The position numbers and the translations under genes were made by a program. This document shows, piece after piece, positions 10,224 through 23,140 of a DNA stretch of 64,000 bases. This DNA is from Prorocentrum cordatum (Eukaryota), in assembly GCA_963575745.1 (NCBI GenBank), contig CAUYUJ010000115.1:434001-498000 (forward strand). The letters run 5' to 3'. The notes beneath the pieces are model-generated. The model searched no databases. It was not told the origin of the DNA and saw nothing but the letters and a program-made list of their open reading frames with translations. Position 1 is the stretch's first letter; each line of letters opens with the position of its first letter.

Positions 10224-12885
10224 AATTCGCCGGCCCTCCAAAGAAGGCGTACTAAGATCTCCGGTACCTGCTTACGGCAGGTTCGTGTCGTGCCGACCCC
10301 GGCGTTGGTTTCTGACACCGCGGGGATCGTTCAACCTTGAACGATCGGCCGTTTCCGCAACGTCCAATCGTTCAACATCGATCGATTCTGGGCTGCCGCC
10401 GGCGTTCAAAGTTGAACGCCGCTGGCGGGGTCGCCGCCGGTCGACACGACACGAACCTACCGTACTAAGATCTCCGGTACCTGCTTACAGTATTTCTACT
10501 TCGCGCGCGCGGAGCGGCCCCTGAGGGTCCCCGGACGAAGAGTACCCCGGGCGATCCCAGGCCGGTTCGGGTCAGAGACCCTCTTTCTCCAGGGAGGCCG
10601 CTCTTGAGGCCCTCCAGAGAGCCACCAGAACGGCCAAGAGGCCCCCAAGAGGCTTCCTAGATAGAACAAGAGGGCTCTAACATGCCGCAAGATCGCTCCA
10701 AGATGCCCAAGATTGCCCCCGGACGCCCCAAGAGGCTCCAAAAGCACTCCCACAAGAGCTCCAAGAGGTAAAATTCACTGATGTTCCAAAGGTTTTGGCC
10801 AGATTTGGGCGTTTCCCCCTTTTCGGTTCCCGACGCCTCCAGACGGCCCAAGAGGTCCCCCAGATCGCACCTAGAGGGCCCAACAAGGCTTCCAGAGAGC
10901 CCCAAGGCGGCTCAAGAGGGCTCCAGGACCGCCCAAGACGACCCCAAGACGGCCCCAGAAGGCCCCAAGAACGCTCCAAGAGAGGCCCCAGAGGGAGAGC
11001 ACGAAACCACATGTCGAGCCCTCGGCCATAAGGAGCTCCCAGGAGGGCCCCCAGACGCCCCAAGAGGCTCTCCCACGAGGGCTCCAAGAGGTAAAATTCA
11101 ATGATTTTCAAGAGGTTCTGGACCAGTTTGGGCGTTTCCCCCTTTTCGGTTCCCGACGCCCCCAGACGGCCCAAGAGGTCCCCCAGATCGCACCAACAGA
11201 GTCCTTTAAGGCTTCCAGAGAGCCCCAAGACGGCTCAAGAGGGCTCCAGGACCGCCCAAGACGACTCCAAGACGGCCCCAGAAGGCCCCAAGAACGCTCC
11301 GAGAGAGGCCCAAGGGGGAAAACACGAAACCACATGTCGAGCCCTCGACCATGAGGAGCTCCCAGGATGTCCCCTGGACGCCCCAAGAGGCTCCAACAGC
11401 ACTCCCACAAGAGCTCCAATTGGCAAAATCTATGGATTTTCCTCCTTTCGGTTTCGGCGCTGGACACCTATCCCTGGCGCGCGGATCGCGCCGGGGGGTG
11501 CGCCAGCGGCGCCGCCAGCAGGGGCCCATCGCAGACCCAAGCAAGCCGCGCGGAGCTTTCAAACCAAGTGTTCATACATTGTTTCCCTCCTTCCTGCCTT
11601 CCCTGAGGTCCGATTTCTTTGCGGCATCCCTCAAGCGGGATCGATCTGTCATGTACGGGGCAACGATAGGGGGGTAGGCATAGGGGGGGAAGCATCGACC
11701 TGGAATCGGCGATACATCGCCAATAGACCAGCGATAGGCCTCCGATAGTGAATCCGCGCCTTCCTGGGCAGGCTGGGGCGATCGGGCCCCTATCTGCGAT
11801 CGGTGGGCGATTGGGGCTCGATGCGTCGACTCCTGTGCCTACCCCCCCTATCGATGCCCCTGATCATAGCCCCGAAGCCCCGAGCCGGGCGACCACGCCG
11901 TCTGGGACCAAGCTTGCAGCGCCCGGGTCTCTGGGCTCCTCCTCCTTCGGTGCCGGGGCCAGGTCGGTCCACAGCTCGGCCCTCGGGCGGCCCTCTGGGA
12001 CGATCCCGGCGCGGCCAAGATGCCCTCGGCGAGGCGGAGCTGCCGAAGGGCACCCCCGGGGGGCTCGAGAAGCTCCGGCGACCGACGGAAGCGTCCGGCG
12101 GCTGGGTCCTCTTCCCCTACCGACTAGACCTACCAGACCACCCCAACCCAGCCCGAAGACCCGAATCTCGCCCGAATTTCGGGTTGGGGGGTACGGGCTT
12201 CATATGTGTTTTTGTCCATGTTCCCCGACCCCCCCCCCACCGGGGTGGTTTGGGTTGGGGTTGGGTTGGTGGTTTGGTAGCGCGCTCTGCCCCGTCGTGT
12301 GGCCATCACCAGCTCGGCCTTCTCAAGGGCAACGAGAAAGGGGGGGACCGCTCAGGGAGGGAAACACCGACCCGGATTCGGCGATGCATCGCCGACACAT
12401 CAGCGATAGGCCTTGAGACAGCGAACCCGCATGGGTCCTGGGCAGGTTGGGTCTATCGGGGCCCTGTCGGCAATGAGAGGGCGAGCGTACGGATTCGCCG
12501 TCGGGAGCCCAGTGCATTGCAGCTCGACGTGTTTCCCCCCCCCGAGCCTCATCCCCTGGTCGTTTTCGGATCATGGTTCGGGCCTCCGGCAGCCGGCCGG
12601 TACGATCCGGGCACCCAGGAAACGCCATCGGCGAGACGCAGTCGCTGGAAGACATATTCCCCGGCTGGTTCCGACAACATCAAACTTACAACATGTCGAG
12701 CCCTCGGCCATAAGCAACCCCCAGGAGGTCCCCAGAGGTCCTTATAAGAGGCCCCAGGAGGCCCCAAGCAGGCGGTCAGCGCTCCAGGTGAAGACGTCCC
12801 CGCAAGCCTCGGAGAACTCCCAAGAGCTTCCTGTGCACTGCCTCCCGGTGCGCGAAAATGGGCCGGCGGAATGAGCGAAGCGATT
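10224..12885 (+). mobile_element. Family C element, long copy with nested insertions and a ~323-bp internal tandem duplication
   Basis: Starts aattcgccggccc and ends ggccggcggaatgagcgaagcgatt; interrupts an aaaccggaccc repeat present on both flanks; ccaagaggtaaaattca at 10761 and 11084. Confidence 0.6.
10275..10462. mobile_element. 188-bp TIR element flanked by a ~25-bp direct repeat
   Basis: 24-bp TIRs cggcaggttcgtgtcgtgccgacc / ggtcgacacgacacgaacctaccg (2 mismatches); tactaagatctccggtacctgctta at 10250-10274 and 10463-10487. Confidence 0.8.
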
Positions 12886-13611
12886 TCATAAACCAGACAC
12901 CCCTAATTACAAAAAAGGCGCCATAAAAACCGGACCCGGGAGACGATTAAGAAGGGATTTGGAGTATTGACCCAATTGACTGCCTCACCTTCCTGAGCAC
13001 ATGCCGTTGCCAAAAACCCCCATGGTGGCACGTAGAGTTAGGGCGCGATCTCTCACTTCATTGATCGCTGTGCCGAGTGCTGGTCTAGAGGCCTCCTCGA
13101 TGGGGGTCCGAGCAGACGGGCTCGCAGGATCGCGCCGCATATCGGCGGCTTCGACGAGGCATTGGCGCCGTTGGCGTGCAGAACATCGGGCTCCGCATCG
13201 AGCCGCATCGCCGATGCATCGGCGATGCGGCGCGATCATCCGACCCCATCCAGGAGGCCTCGATAATCCTCCCTCCGCCCCGTGCCTGCCCCGAGCCCGC
13301 CGCCACTGTCGCCCATGTTTCGCGCCCCGCGCCCCGCGGTGCGCGGCCACCTTCGCGCCCTCGCGCCGTCGCGCCGCCCACTTTGGGAGGGGGCAAATCA
13401 CTCTGGCCGAGACCGCGACGCGGCCGTGGCACCCCATGGGGGTGGCATATGGATGCCTCGACAAAGCCCTCCTCCGATACCTGCCCTTCGCGTGCTGCTG
13501 GCCTCCCCCCCCGCTCCCCCTCTCTATAGATGTATGTCTCGCTGTCTTTGTGTGGTATTGTTGTGTTCTCTCTTTCTCTCTCTATATATATACATGTTCT
13601 TATATACTTTT

Positions 13612-13712
13612 GTCAGAGTGAGGGGGCCGAACGGTCATTCACTGTCCCTGGGTGCGTGGCTAAAGTGGGGGTCCGTGATGAGGGTTCTGCTTCTTGCGTT
13701 GTTGTTGTTGTT

Positions 13713-13743
<31 letters not shown>

Positions 13744-13759
13744 TTGTTGTTGGTGGTGG

Positions 13760-13794
<35 letters not shown>

Positions 13795-13812
13795 TTGTTG
13801 CTGCTGTTGTTG
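13612..13812 (+). repeat. Dispersed repeat end (possible non-LTR element 3' end) followed by (TTG)n; reverse copy at ~44440-44522
   Basis: gtcagagtgaggg..ccgaacggtc.ttcactgtccctggg shared with the reverse complement of 44455-44521. Confidence 0.5.
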
Positions 13813-13983
13813 AATTCTCATTTCAGAAGAATAATTGTGGTGGATCCCCCCCCACTGGTGCACATTGTATTTTTCCCAACCATCCTGTGGTGTTGGGTCC
13901 TCGTTTTGAAGAGACGGTGCCCCGCGTTCTCCTTCCTTCCTTCCTTCCTTCCTTCCTTCCTCCCGCTGCCTCCTCCCCCCTCC

Positions 13984-14038
<55 letters not shown>

Positions 14039-14040
14039 GT

Positions 14041-15422
14041 CGGCACACCCTCACACGTTTCGTGGCTCCACTCCACCGAAGGCCCCAGTGCCCGCGGCCG
14101 CATGCGTCCCCCACACCCATTTCGGCACACCCTCACACGTTTCGTGGCTCCATAGGGAGCTCCACCGAAGGCCCCAGTGCCCGCGGCCGCATGCGTCCCC
14201 CACACCCATTTCGGCACACCCCTCACACGTTTCGTGGCTCCATAGGGAGCTCCACCGAAGGCCCCAGTGCCCGCGGCCGCATGCGTCACCCACACCCATT
14301 TCGGCACACCCCTCACACGTTTCGTGGCTCCATAGGGAGCTCCACCGAAGGCCCCAGTGCCCGCGGCCGCATGCGTCACCCACACCCATTTCGGCACACC
14401 CCTCACACGTTTCGTGGCTCCATAGGGAGCTCCACCGAAGGCCCCAGTGCCCGCGCCCGCATGCGTCCCCCACACCCATTTCGGCACACCCCTCACACGT
14501 TTCGTGGCTCCATAGGGAGCTCCACCGAAGGCCCCAGTGCCCGCGCCCGCATGCGTCCCCACACCCATTTCGGCACACCCCTCACACGTTTCGTGGCTCC
14601 ATAGGGAGCTCCACCGAAGGCCCCAGTGCCCGCGGCCGCATGCGTCCCCCCACCCATTTCGGCACACCCCTCACACGTTTCGTGGCTCCATAGGGAGCTC
14701 CACCGAAGGCCCCAGTGCCCGCGGCCGCATGCGTCCCCCACACCCATTCGGCACACCCCTCACACGTTTCGTGGCTCCATAGGGAGCTCCACCGAAGGCC
14801 CCAGTGCCGCGGCCGCATGCGTCCCCCACACCCATTTCGGCACACCCCTCACACGTTTCGTGGCTCCATAGGGAGCTCCACCGAAGGCCCCAGTGCCCGC
14901 GGCCGCATGCGTCCCCCACACCCATTTCGGCACACCCCTCACACGTTTCGTGGCTCCATAGGGAGCTCCACCGAAGGCCCCAGTGCCCGCGCCCGCATGC
15001 GTCCCCACACCCATTTCGGCACACCCCTCACACGTTTCGTGGCTCCATAGGGAGCTCTGCCCGCGGCCGCATGCGTCCCCCAGGCCACCAGCTGCCCGCG
15101 AAGGCCCCAGTGCCCGCGGCCGCATGCGTCCCCCACACCCATTTCGGCACACCCCTCACACGTTTCGTGGCTCCATAGGGAGCTCCACCGAAGGCCCCAG
15201 TGCCCGCGGCCGCATGCGTCCCCACACCCATTTCGGCACACCCCTCACACGTTTCGTGGCTCCATAGGGAGCTCCACCGAAGGCCCCAGTGCCCGCGGCC
15301 GCATGCGTCCCCCACACCCATTTCGGCACACCCCTCACACGTTTCGTGGCTCCATAGGGAGCTCCACCGAAGGCCTCAGTGCCGCCGCCCGCATGCGTCA
15401 CCCCCACCCATTTCGGCACACC
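14041..15422. repeat. 90-bp satellite, about 15 near-identical units; a lone diverged unit at ~16577-16630
   Basis: Unit cggcacacccctcacacgtttcgtggctccatagggagctccaccgaaggccccagtgcccgcggccgcatgcgtcccccacacccattt, period 90 (14161, 14251, 14341...). Confidence 0.95.
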
Positions 15423-15444
15423 CCCCGCATTTCTCGCACGGCAG

Positions 15445-15910
15445 GGTCATCACCACGGTGGCGTGCCAGGGGCGCACCTTGCGCGAAGGCGACGGGGCGG
15501 GGGAACGGCGCTCCGGGGGCGGCCAGACCTCCGGGGCGCGAGCAGTCCGCGGCCAGACCATCTCTCGGTCCTGTGGACTCTCGCCCTGGGCCGTCGGCTG
15601 CCCGGCGCGCTGCTCCCTCGGTCGACGTCGCCCAGGCGTGATCCTGGATTGCGGCCGCCACGAGGTAGGGAACGGCAAGAAGGAGGACGACGACTGGTGG
15701 CTGGAGCTCTACGTGCTGCTCTCGCGCGCCACGCGCCACGAGGACCTCCTGCTCATGCGGGCGCCGCGCATCGAGTTCTTCCTGGCAGGGCCGCCGCAGG
15801 GCTTGCGGAAGCAGCTGGAGCAGTTTGCGGCGCGCACGAAGCGGTGCAGGAGGGAAGCGACGGCCCTCGCCAGGGAGCTCGGCTTCACCGAGTTCATCCG
15901 CGAGGCCTGA
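15445..15910 (+). CDS. Terminal exons (15445-15488, 15636-15910) of a PIF1/RecD-like SF1 helicase; upstream exons not found in the window
   Basis: Spliced reading VITTVACQGRTLREG|VILDCG...ELYVLLSRATR carries motif V (T..xQGxTL) and motif VI (YVxLSR); AG acceptor at 15443-15444; 147-nt GC-AG intron at 15489-15635; stop TGA at 15908-15910. Confidence 0.65.
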
Positions 15911-16994
15911 CCTGAGGAGCGTCTCCCCCGAGCCGCGCCTTCTCTCGACTGCCCGACTAATTGTTTGGCCTCGCGCCGCGGACGACCCGCGCGCGTCGCT
16001 GGGACCCTCTCGGGGCGACCAGCGCGCGTCGCGGGAACTCCGTGCTGCGGGGGGCCCGGCGCCTCGTTCGCCCGTCGTCGCTCTGCCCAGCGGTCAGAGA
16101 CTTGCCCGCTATCAGCCAGCCAGTTAGCTAGTCAGCTCTCTCTGCTTCGCGCAGCGGACGACCCGCGCGCGTCGCTGGGACCCCGCCCGGGGCGACCAGC
16201 GCGCGTCGCGGGGACTCCGCGCTGCGCTGCGCCCGCAGCCTTGGATTTTGGAGTGCGCGGGCAAAGAGGAAGGAAAAGAAGAGCCGAAAGCGGGCGCGAT
16301 CCTCGCAAGAGGCGTGCCGACATGGGCGTCGCGACGTGCGGACGCTGCCGTCGGGGTTCCCGCGGAAGCTGCCTGCGGCGGCCACGCCCAGTGTCACGCG
16401 TGTTCGGACAGGCATGCTCGACACTTACACTAGGCGGTTCCATGATCGCATTCATGCAAATATATTCACTCGCGCGCAGACCCATTCATACTCAGATTCC
16501 CTCGCGCTCTGACTCACCCGCGTTCTTTCTCTCGTAATCAGATCTATCGTATTCCTTTGCGTTGTGTACCCCGCCACATTTCGGCACACCCCTCATGCGG
16601 TTCGTGGCCCCATAGGGAGCGCCACCGAAGAAGATACTCACAATTGCGATACTCACAACTGCATATGGTTGGGTCCTTCGCCAGGATAATTGAGTCGAAA
16701 TGCCTTTCCCGGGGCTCGCACCCTGTGACCTAACAGCGAAGACTGATAGGTTTCGAATGGCGTCAAAAGAGAACATCTTGACTCCCCAAGGGGGTCTGGG
16801 CGGGTGCCAGGGAATGCCGCGGGCGGGCGTTTCGCCTGAGACTTCCTTACAGTTTATGCTGGAATCTTGCTCTCGCCTGGGCCCCGGCCACATGTTGCTT
16901 CAGAATCGCGCTCTCGCCCGAGACTTCCTTCATTGTAATGCTGGAATCGTGCTCTCGCCTAGGCCCCGGCCACATTTTGCTTCAGAATCGCAGC

Positions 16995-18170
16995 AGGCTG
17001 ATGCTGAGGCAGGCTGAGGCTGAGGCTGAGGCTGATGCAGGCTGAGACTGAGGCAGGCCGAGGCCGCAGGACTGTGCGTGAGCGCAGCAAACTGAAGCTG
17101 AGGCAGGCTGAGGCTGAGGCTGAGGCTGAGGTTGACGCAGGCTGAGGCTGAGGCTGAGGCTGAGAAATGCAGGTTGAGGCTGAGGCAAGCTGATGCCGCA
17201 GGACTATGCGGGAGCGCAGCAGGCTGAGGCTGAAGCAGGCTGAGGCTGAGGCTGAGGCTGATGCAGGCCGAGGCTGAGGCAGGCTGAGGCCGCAGGACTA
17301 TGCGGGAGCGCAGCAGGCTGAGGCTGAGGCAGGCTGAGGCTGAGGCTGAGGCTGAGGCTGAGGCTGAGGCTGAGGCTGATGCAAGCTGAGGCTGAGGCAT
17401 GCTGAGGCCGCAGGACTATGCGGGAGCGCAGCAGGCTGAGGCGGAGGCAGGCTGAGGCTGAGGCTGAGGCTGATGCAGGCTGAGGCTGAGGCAGGCTGAG
17501 GCCGCAGGACTATTCGGGAGCGCAGCAGGCTGAGGCTGAGGCGGGCTGAGGGCTGAGGGCTGATGCAGGCTGAGGCTGAGGCAGGCAGAGGCCGCAGGGG
17601 ACTATGCGGGAAGCGCAGCAGGCTGAGGCTGATGCAGGCTGAGGCTGAGGCTGAGGCTGAGGCTGAGCTGAGGCTGAAGGCTGAGGCTGAGGCTGAGGCT
17701 GAGGCTGAGGCTGCTGCAGGCTGAGGCTGAGGCAGGCTGAGGCCGCAGGGACTATGCGGGAGCGCAGCAGGCTGAGGCGAGTCAGGCTGAGGCTGAGGCT
17801 GAGCTGATTGACGGCTGAGGCTGAGGCAGGCTGAGGCCGCAGGGCGGGGAGCCAGCAGGCTGAGGCTGAGGCAGGCTGAGGCTGAGGCTGAGGCTGATGC
17901 AGGCTGAGGCTGAGGCAGGCTGAGGCCGCAGGACTATTCGGGAGCGCAGCAGGCTGAGGCTGAGGCAGGCTGAGGCTGAGGCAGGCTGAGGCTGATGCAG
18001 GCTGAGGCTGAGGCAGGCTGAGGCTGAGGCCGAGGCTGAAGGCAGACTGAGGCTGAGGCTGAAGCAGGCTGAGGCTGAGGCTGAGGCTGAGGCATGCTGA
18101 GGCTGAGACTGAGGCAGGCTGATGCTGAGGCTGAGGCAAGCTGATGCTGAGGCAGGCCGAGGCTGAGGCT
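16995..18170. repeat. (GCTGAG)n-based minisatellite with interspersed gccgcaggactatgcgggagcgcagcag units; short reverse copy at 40730-40880
   Basis: Direct inspection. Confidence 0.9.
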
Positions 18171-18654
18171 GTGACTGCGACTGCCGTTGCCAGTCCGACT
18201 GTCATCGCGAATGCGACTGCGACTGCGAGAACAGCAGAATTCTACAACTGGGTTCTCATCTGAATCTTCAGGGGAATGCTTCCAGATATGCTTCTACACC
18301 TCTCTGTTAGGTTGTTTTGCCGGGGTATGTTCTATCAAGGGGCACCTTGAAGCTCAAACTGGGCCTTTGGCCCCCGGGTTACAACAACAACGGCCCCCGC
18401 CTGAGACTTCCTCTCACTTTATTCCAAAATCGCGCTCTCGCTTAGGACTTCCTTATAATGTATTCAGGAATCGCTCTCTCGGCGCTCTGGAATCGCGATC
18501 TCGCTGGAGACTTGCTTGCAATGTACTGAAGAATAGCGCCCTTGTGTTTGCATTTCCCGCTGTTTACTCAAGCGCCGCGCCCCCGACACCCAGGCACCCA
18601 GGAGTCGCGTTCACACTTAGGACCCCTTCACCGATAGCTTACGAATCGGGATCT

Positions 18655-19562
18655 CGCTGCTTTCGTGGCCCCGTACAGCCCTTCGTGGCCCCCTCGCTGC
18701 CCTTTGTGGCCCCGTTGCAGCCCTTCGTGGCCCCCTCGCTGCCCGTCGTGGCTCCATTGCAGCCCTTCGTGGCCCCCTCGCTGCTCTTCGTGGCCCCGTT
18801 GCAGCCCTTCGTGGCCCCCTCGCTGCCCTTCGTGGCCCCCTCGCTGCCCTTCGTGGCCCCCTCGCTGCCCTTCGTGGCCCCGTTGCTGCCCTTCGTGGCT
18901 CCCTCGCTGCCCTTCGTAGCCTCGTTGCACCCCTTCGTGGCCCCCTCGCTGCCCTTGGTGGCCCCGTTGCTGCCCTTCGTGGCCCCCTTGCTGCCCTTCG
19001 TGGCCCCTTAGCAACCCGTTGTGGCCCCCTCGCTGCCCTTCGTGGCCCCGTTGCAACCCTTCGCGGCCTCCTCGCTGCCATTCGTATCCCCGTTGCAGCC
19101 CGTCGTAGCCCCCTCGCTGCCTTTCGTGGCCCCATGTATGTATGCCCTTCGTGGCCCCCGCTCGTTCGCGCCCGTCGTGGCCCCATATGCATGCCCTTCA
19201 TGGCCCCGCTGTCGCCCTTCGCGGCCCCCTCGCTGCCCTTCGTGACCCCGTTGCTGCCCTCAGTGGTCCTGTCCTTGCCTTCCGCGGCCCAATATACGCA
19301 TGCCCTTCGTGGCCCCCGCTCGTTCGCGCCCGTCGTGGCCCCATGTGCATGCCTTTCGTGGCCCCGCTGTCGCCCTTCGTGGCCCCCTCGCTGTCCTACG
19401 TGGCCCAGTTGCTACCCTCAGTGGCCCCGTCGTTGCCTTCTGTGGCCCTGCATTATCTGCCCTTCGTGACCCCCGCTCGCTCGCGCCCGTCGTGGCCCCA
19501 TGTGCATGCCTTTCGTGGCCCCGCTGTCGCCCTTCATGGTCTACTTCGTGCCCTTCGTGGCC
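18655..19562. repeat. 21-bp minisatellite (cccttcgtggccccctcgctg), part of a block duplicated at ~23605-24900
   Basis: Produces the PFVAPSL / GPRRAAR repeat ORFs. Confidence 0.9.
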
Positions 19563-19989
19563 GTGCTGTCGTTCTCTCTCTCTCTCTCTCTCGTTTTCGG
19601 TTTCGCTCGTCGTCGTCGTCGCCGCCGTCGTCGCCGTCGTCGTCGTCGTCGACGTCGTCGTCGACGTCGTCGTCGTCGTGGTCGGTCTCCTGTCAGTCCC
19701 TCTTGGGGTCAGGTTGCCGCCGATCAGCGCTGCCGCTTGCCAGGCCGACGGTCCGCGGCCGCCCCGCCGCTTGCCAGGGCCCGGCCTGCAGGGAAGAAAG
19801 GTCTACCCCCCCAAAAAGGGTACGATCGAAGAAGGAAAGGGCGGATATTGAGGGTTTGGGAAATACGCGTTAACGGACACTCGAGCAGCTAAAAGCGAAC
19901 AGTCTCAACATGAGTGTAGTTGTTGTCCCCATATCCTAAGATGGGGTTATTGTTATTTCTTGGACGCCACCGACTCCAGAGAACAAATA

Positions 19990-21915
19990 CACACTCAGAA
20001 CACATACTTACTCATGCACAGACTTATTCATACTCAGACTTACTCATACCCAGACGTACTCATACACAGACTTACTCATACCCAGAGTTACCCATACACA
20101 CACTTATTCAGACCCATACTTACTCATACTCAGACTTACTCATACTCAGACCTTCCCGTACTCAGACTTATTCATACTCAGACGTACGCATACAAAGACT
20201 TACTCATACACATACTTACTCATACTCAGACTTACTCATACCCAGACGTACTCATACACAAATTTACCCATACTCAGACCTACACATACTCAGACCTTCT
20301 CATATACCTGATTTGCCCAACGCACGGCCGATTCTGATGATGCCTCAGGCGGGGCGCTGGCTTCAGCACCCCTAAGGGGGAGCCGCCAGGGGGTATATCA
20401 CGGGCCCGTTCGCGGCCAGATTGTGGGGATGTCTCAAGCGGTTTGCCTGGTTCGGTACCCAACCTCGTCTGCGTCTACAGCAGATTGCAAACATGTCTCA
20501 GGCGGGGCGCTGGTTTCAGCACTCCTAAGGGGAGCCGCCAAGGGGTATATCACGGGCCCGTTCGCGGCCAGTTTGCGAGGATGCCTATGGCGGTTTGCTT
20601 GTTTCGGTACCCAACATCGTCTGCGATTGCAGCAGATTTGGAGGATGTCGCAGTCGGGGCGCTGGTGGTTTCAGCACGCCTAAGGGGAACCGCCAGGGGG
20701 TATATCGCGGGCCCGTTCGCGGCCAGTTTGTGGGGATGTCTCAGGCGGTTTGCCTGCTTCGGTGCCCAACCTCGTCTGCGTCTACAGCAGATTTCAAACA
20801 TGTCTCAGGCGGGGCGCTGGCTTCAGCACCCCTAAGGGGAGCCGCCAGGGGGTATGTCACGGGCCCGTTCGCGGCCAGTTTGTGGGGATGCCTCAGGCGG
20901 TTTGCCTGTTTCGGTGCCCAGCATCGTCTGCGATTGCAGCAGATTTGGAGGATGTCGCAGTCGGGGCGCTGGTGGTTTCAGCACGCCTAAGGGGGACCGC
21001 CAGGGGGTATATCGCGGGCCCGTTCGCGGCCAAATTGTGGGGATGTCTCAGGCGGTTTGCCTGCTTCGGTGCCCAACCTCGTCTGCGTCTACAGCAGATT
21101 TCAAACATGTCTCAGGCGGGGCGCTGGCTTCAGCACCCCTAAGGGGAGCCGCCAGGGGGTATGTCACGGGCCCGTTCGCGGCCAGTTTGTGGGGATGCCT
21201 CAGGCGGTTTGCCTGTTTCGGTGCCCAGCATCGTCTGCGATTGCAGCAGATTTGGAGGATGTCGCAGTCGGGGCGCTGGTGGTTTCAGCACGCCTAAGGG
21301 GGACCGCCAGGGGGTATATCGCGGGCCCGTTCGCCGCCAAATTGTGGGGATGTCTCAGGCGGTTTGCCTGCTTCGGTGCCCAACATCGTCTGCGATTGCA
21401 GCAGATTTGGAGGATGTCACAGGCGGGGCGCTGGTTTCAGCACTCCTAAGGGGAGCCGCCAGGGGGCCCGTTCGCGGCCAGTTTGTGGGGATGTCTCAGG
21501 CGGTTTGCCTGTTTCGGTGCCCAACATCGTCTGCGATTACCGCAGATTTGGAGGATGTGTCAGTCGGGGCGCTGGTTTCAGACTTACTCATACCCAGACG
21601 TACACATACACAGACTTACTCATACACAGACTTACTCATACTCAGACTTATTCATACCCAGACGTACTCATACACAGACTTACTCATACTTAGACATACA
21701 CATCATCAGACCTTCTCATAATCTGAGTTACTCAACGCACGGCAGATTTTGAGGATGCCTTAGGCGGGGCGCTGGCTTCAGCACCCCTAGGGGGGAACCG
21801 CCAGGGGGTATATCACGGGCCCGTTCGCGGCCAGATTGTGGGGATGTCTCAGGCGGTTTGCCTGTTTCGGTGCCCAACATCGTCTGCGTCCACAGCAGAT
21901 TTCAAAGATGTCTCA
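19990..21915. repeat. Composite array: 16-bp catactcagacttact repeats flanking a ~153-bp (307-bp dimer) tandem repeat
   Basis: ORF starts recur at 20443, 20750 and 21057 (period 307); 16-mer tracts at 19990-20300 and 21580-21720. Confidence 0.9.
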
Positions 21916-22279
21916 GGCTCGTCGGGCCTGTCGCCCGCATGGGCGCGCTCTTATAGTCAGACGCTCACTACGGCATAAGATAAACATGAGATGCACATAT
22001 GGGGAGCTCCACGCAGTGAGTAATTGTTGCTGTTCTGTTGGATACTAAACAAATATTATTGTTGGACCCCTTCCAGGCGCCCTGGCGCCCTCGCCGGGGC
22101 GCCGGCTATATTTCCATTGAAAATCAGGTTCACGCTCGAGCGGTTTTGGGGACCGCCCAAACTGGCCCCCCAACAACAACAACAACAACAGCAACAGCAA
22201 CAGCAGCAGCAACAGCAACAGCAACAACAACAACAGCAACAGCAAGAGCCACAGCAACAGCAACAGCAACAACAACAAC

Positions 22280-23140
22280 AACGCTCCCGCTCGAGACTTC
22301 CTTCTTTTTTGCTCAGGGCTGATGTTCTCGCTCGCCGCCGAAAGCCGCCGTCCTAACAAAACCAACGCTCCCGCTCGAGACTTCCTCCCGTTTTACCTTC
22401 GACTGGCGCGCTAGTCTTTCTCTCATCGGCGCCGCCCCCAGCAAAAACAATGGTCCCGCTCGAGGATCCCTCCCTTTATAACTCAAGGCGGTGCTCTTCC
22501 TCGCCGCCGAAAGCCGCCGCCCCGACAAAACCAGCGCTCCTGCCCGAGACTTCCTTCCGTTTTACGCTGGACTGGCGCCCTACTCTCTTTTGAATTGGCG
22601 CCGCTCCCAGCAAGAACAAAGTTCCCGCTCGAGGCTTACTCCCTTTTTCCTCGGGACGGTACTGTTCCTCGCCGCCGACAACCCCCGTCATGGCAAAACC
22701 ACGGCTCCCGCTCGATGCTTCCTCCCTTCTTACTCAAGGCGGTGTTCCTCCTCGCCGCCGAAAACCGCCGTCCCGACAAAACCAGCGTTCCCGCCCAAGA
22801 CTTCCTTCCGTTGTACGCTGGACTGGCGCCCTACTCTCTTTTGAATTGGCGCCGCTCCCAGCAAGAACAACGTTCCTGCTCGAGGTTTCGTCTCATTTTC
22901 CTCGGGACGGTACTGTTCCTCGCCGCCGACAGCCCCCGTCCCGACAAAACCACGGTTCCCGTTCGATGCTTCCCCCCTTCTTACTCAAGGCGGTTATCCC
23001 CCTCGCCGCCGAAAGCCGCCGTCCCAACAACACCAGCGCTCCCGCTCGAGACTTCGTTGGGTTCTACGATGGACTAGCGCCCTACTCTCTTCAGCATTGG
23101 CGCCGCTCCCAGCAACAACAGCAGCCATGCTCGAGACTTC
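22280..23140. repeat. Degenerate higher-order tandem repeat (cctcgccgccga...cgctcccgctcgagacttcc), ~240-bp period
   Basis: ctggactggcgccctactctcttttgaattggcgccgctcccagcaagaacaa at ~22567 and ~22818. Confidence 0.75.

Noticed and set aside
14041..15422. 90-bp array as CRISPR or a repeat-protein gene
   Set aside because: No spacers; single-base indels between units shift frames freely.
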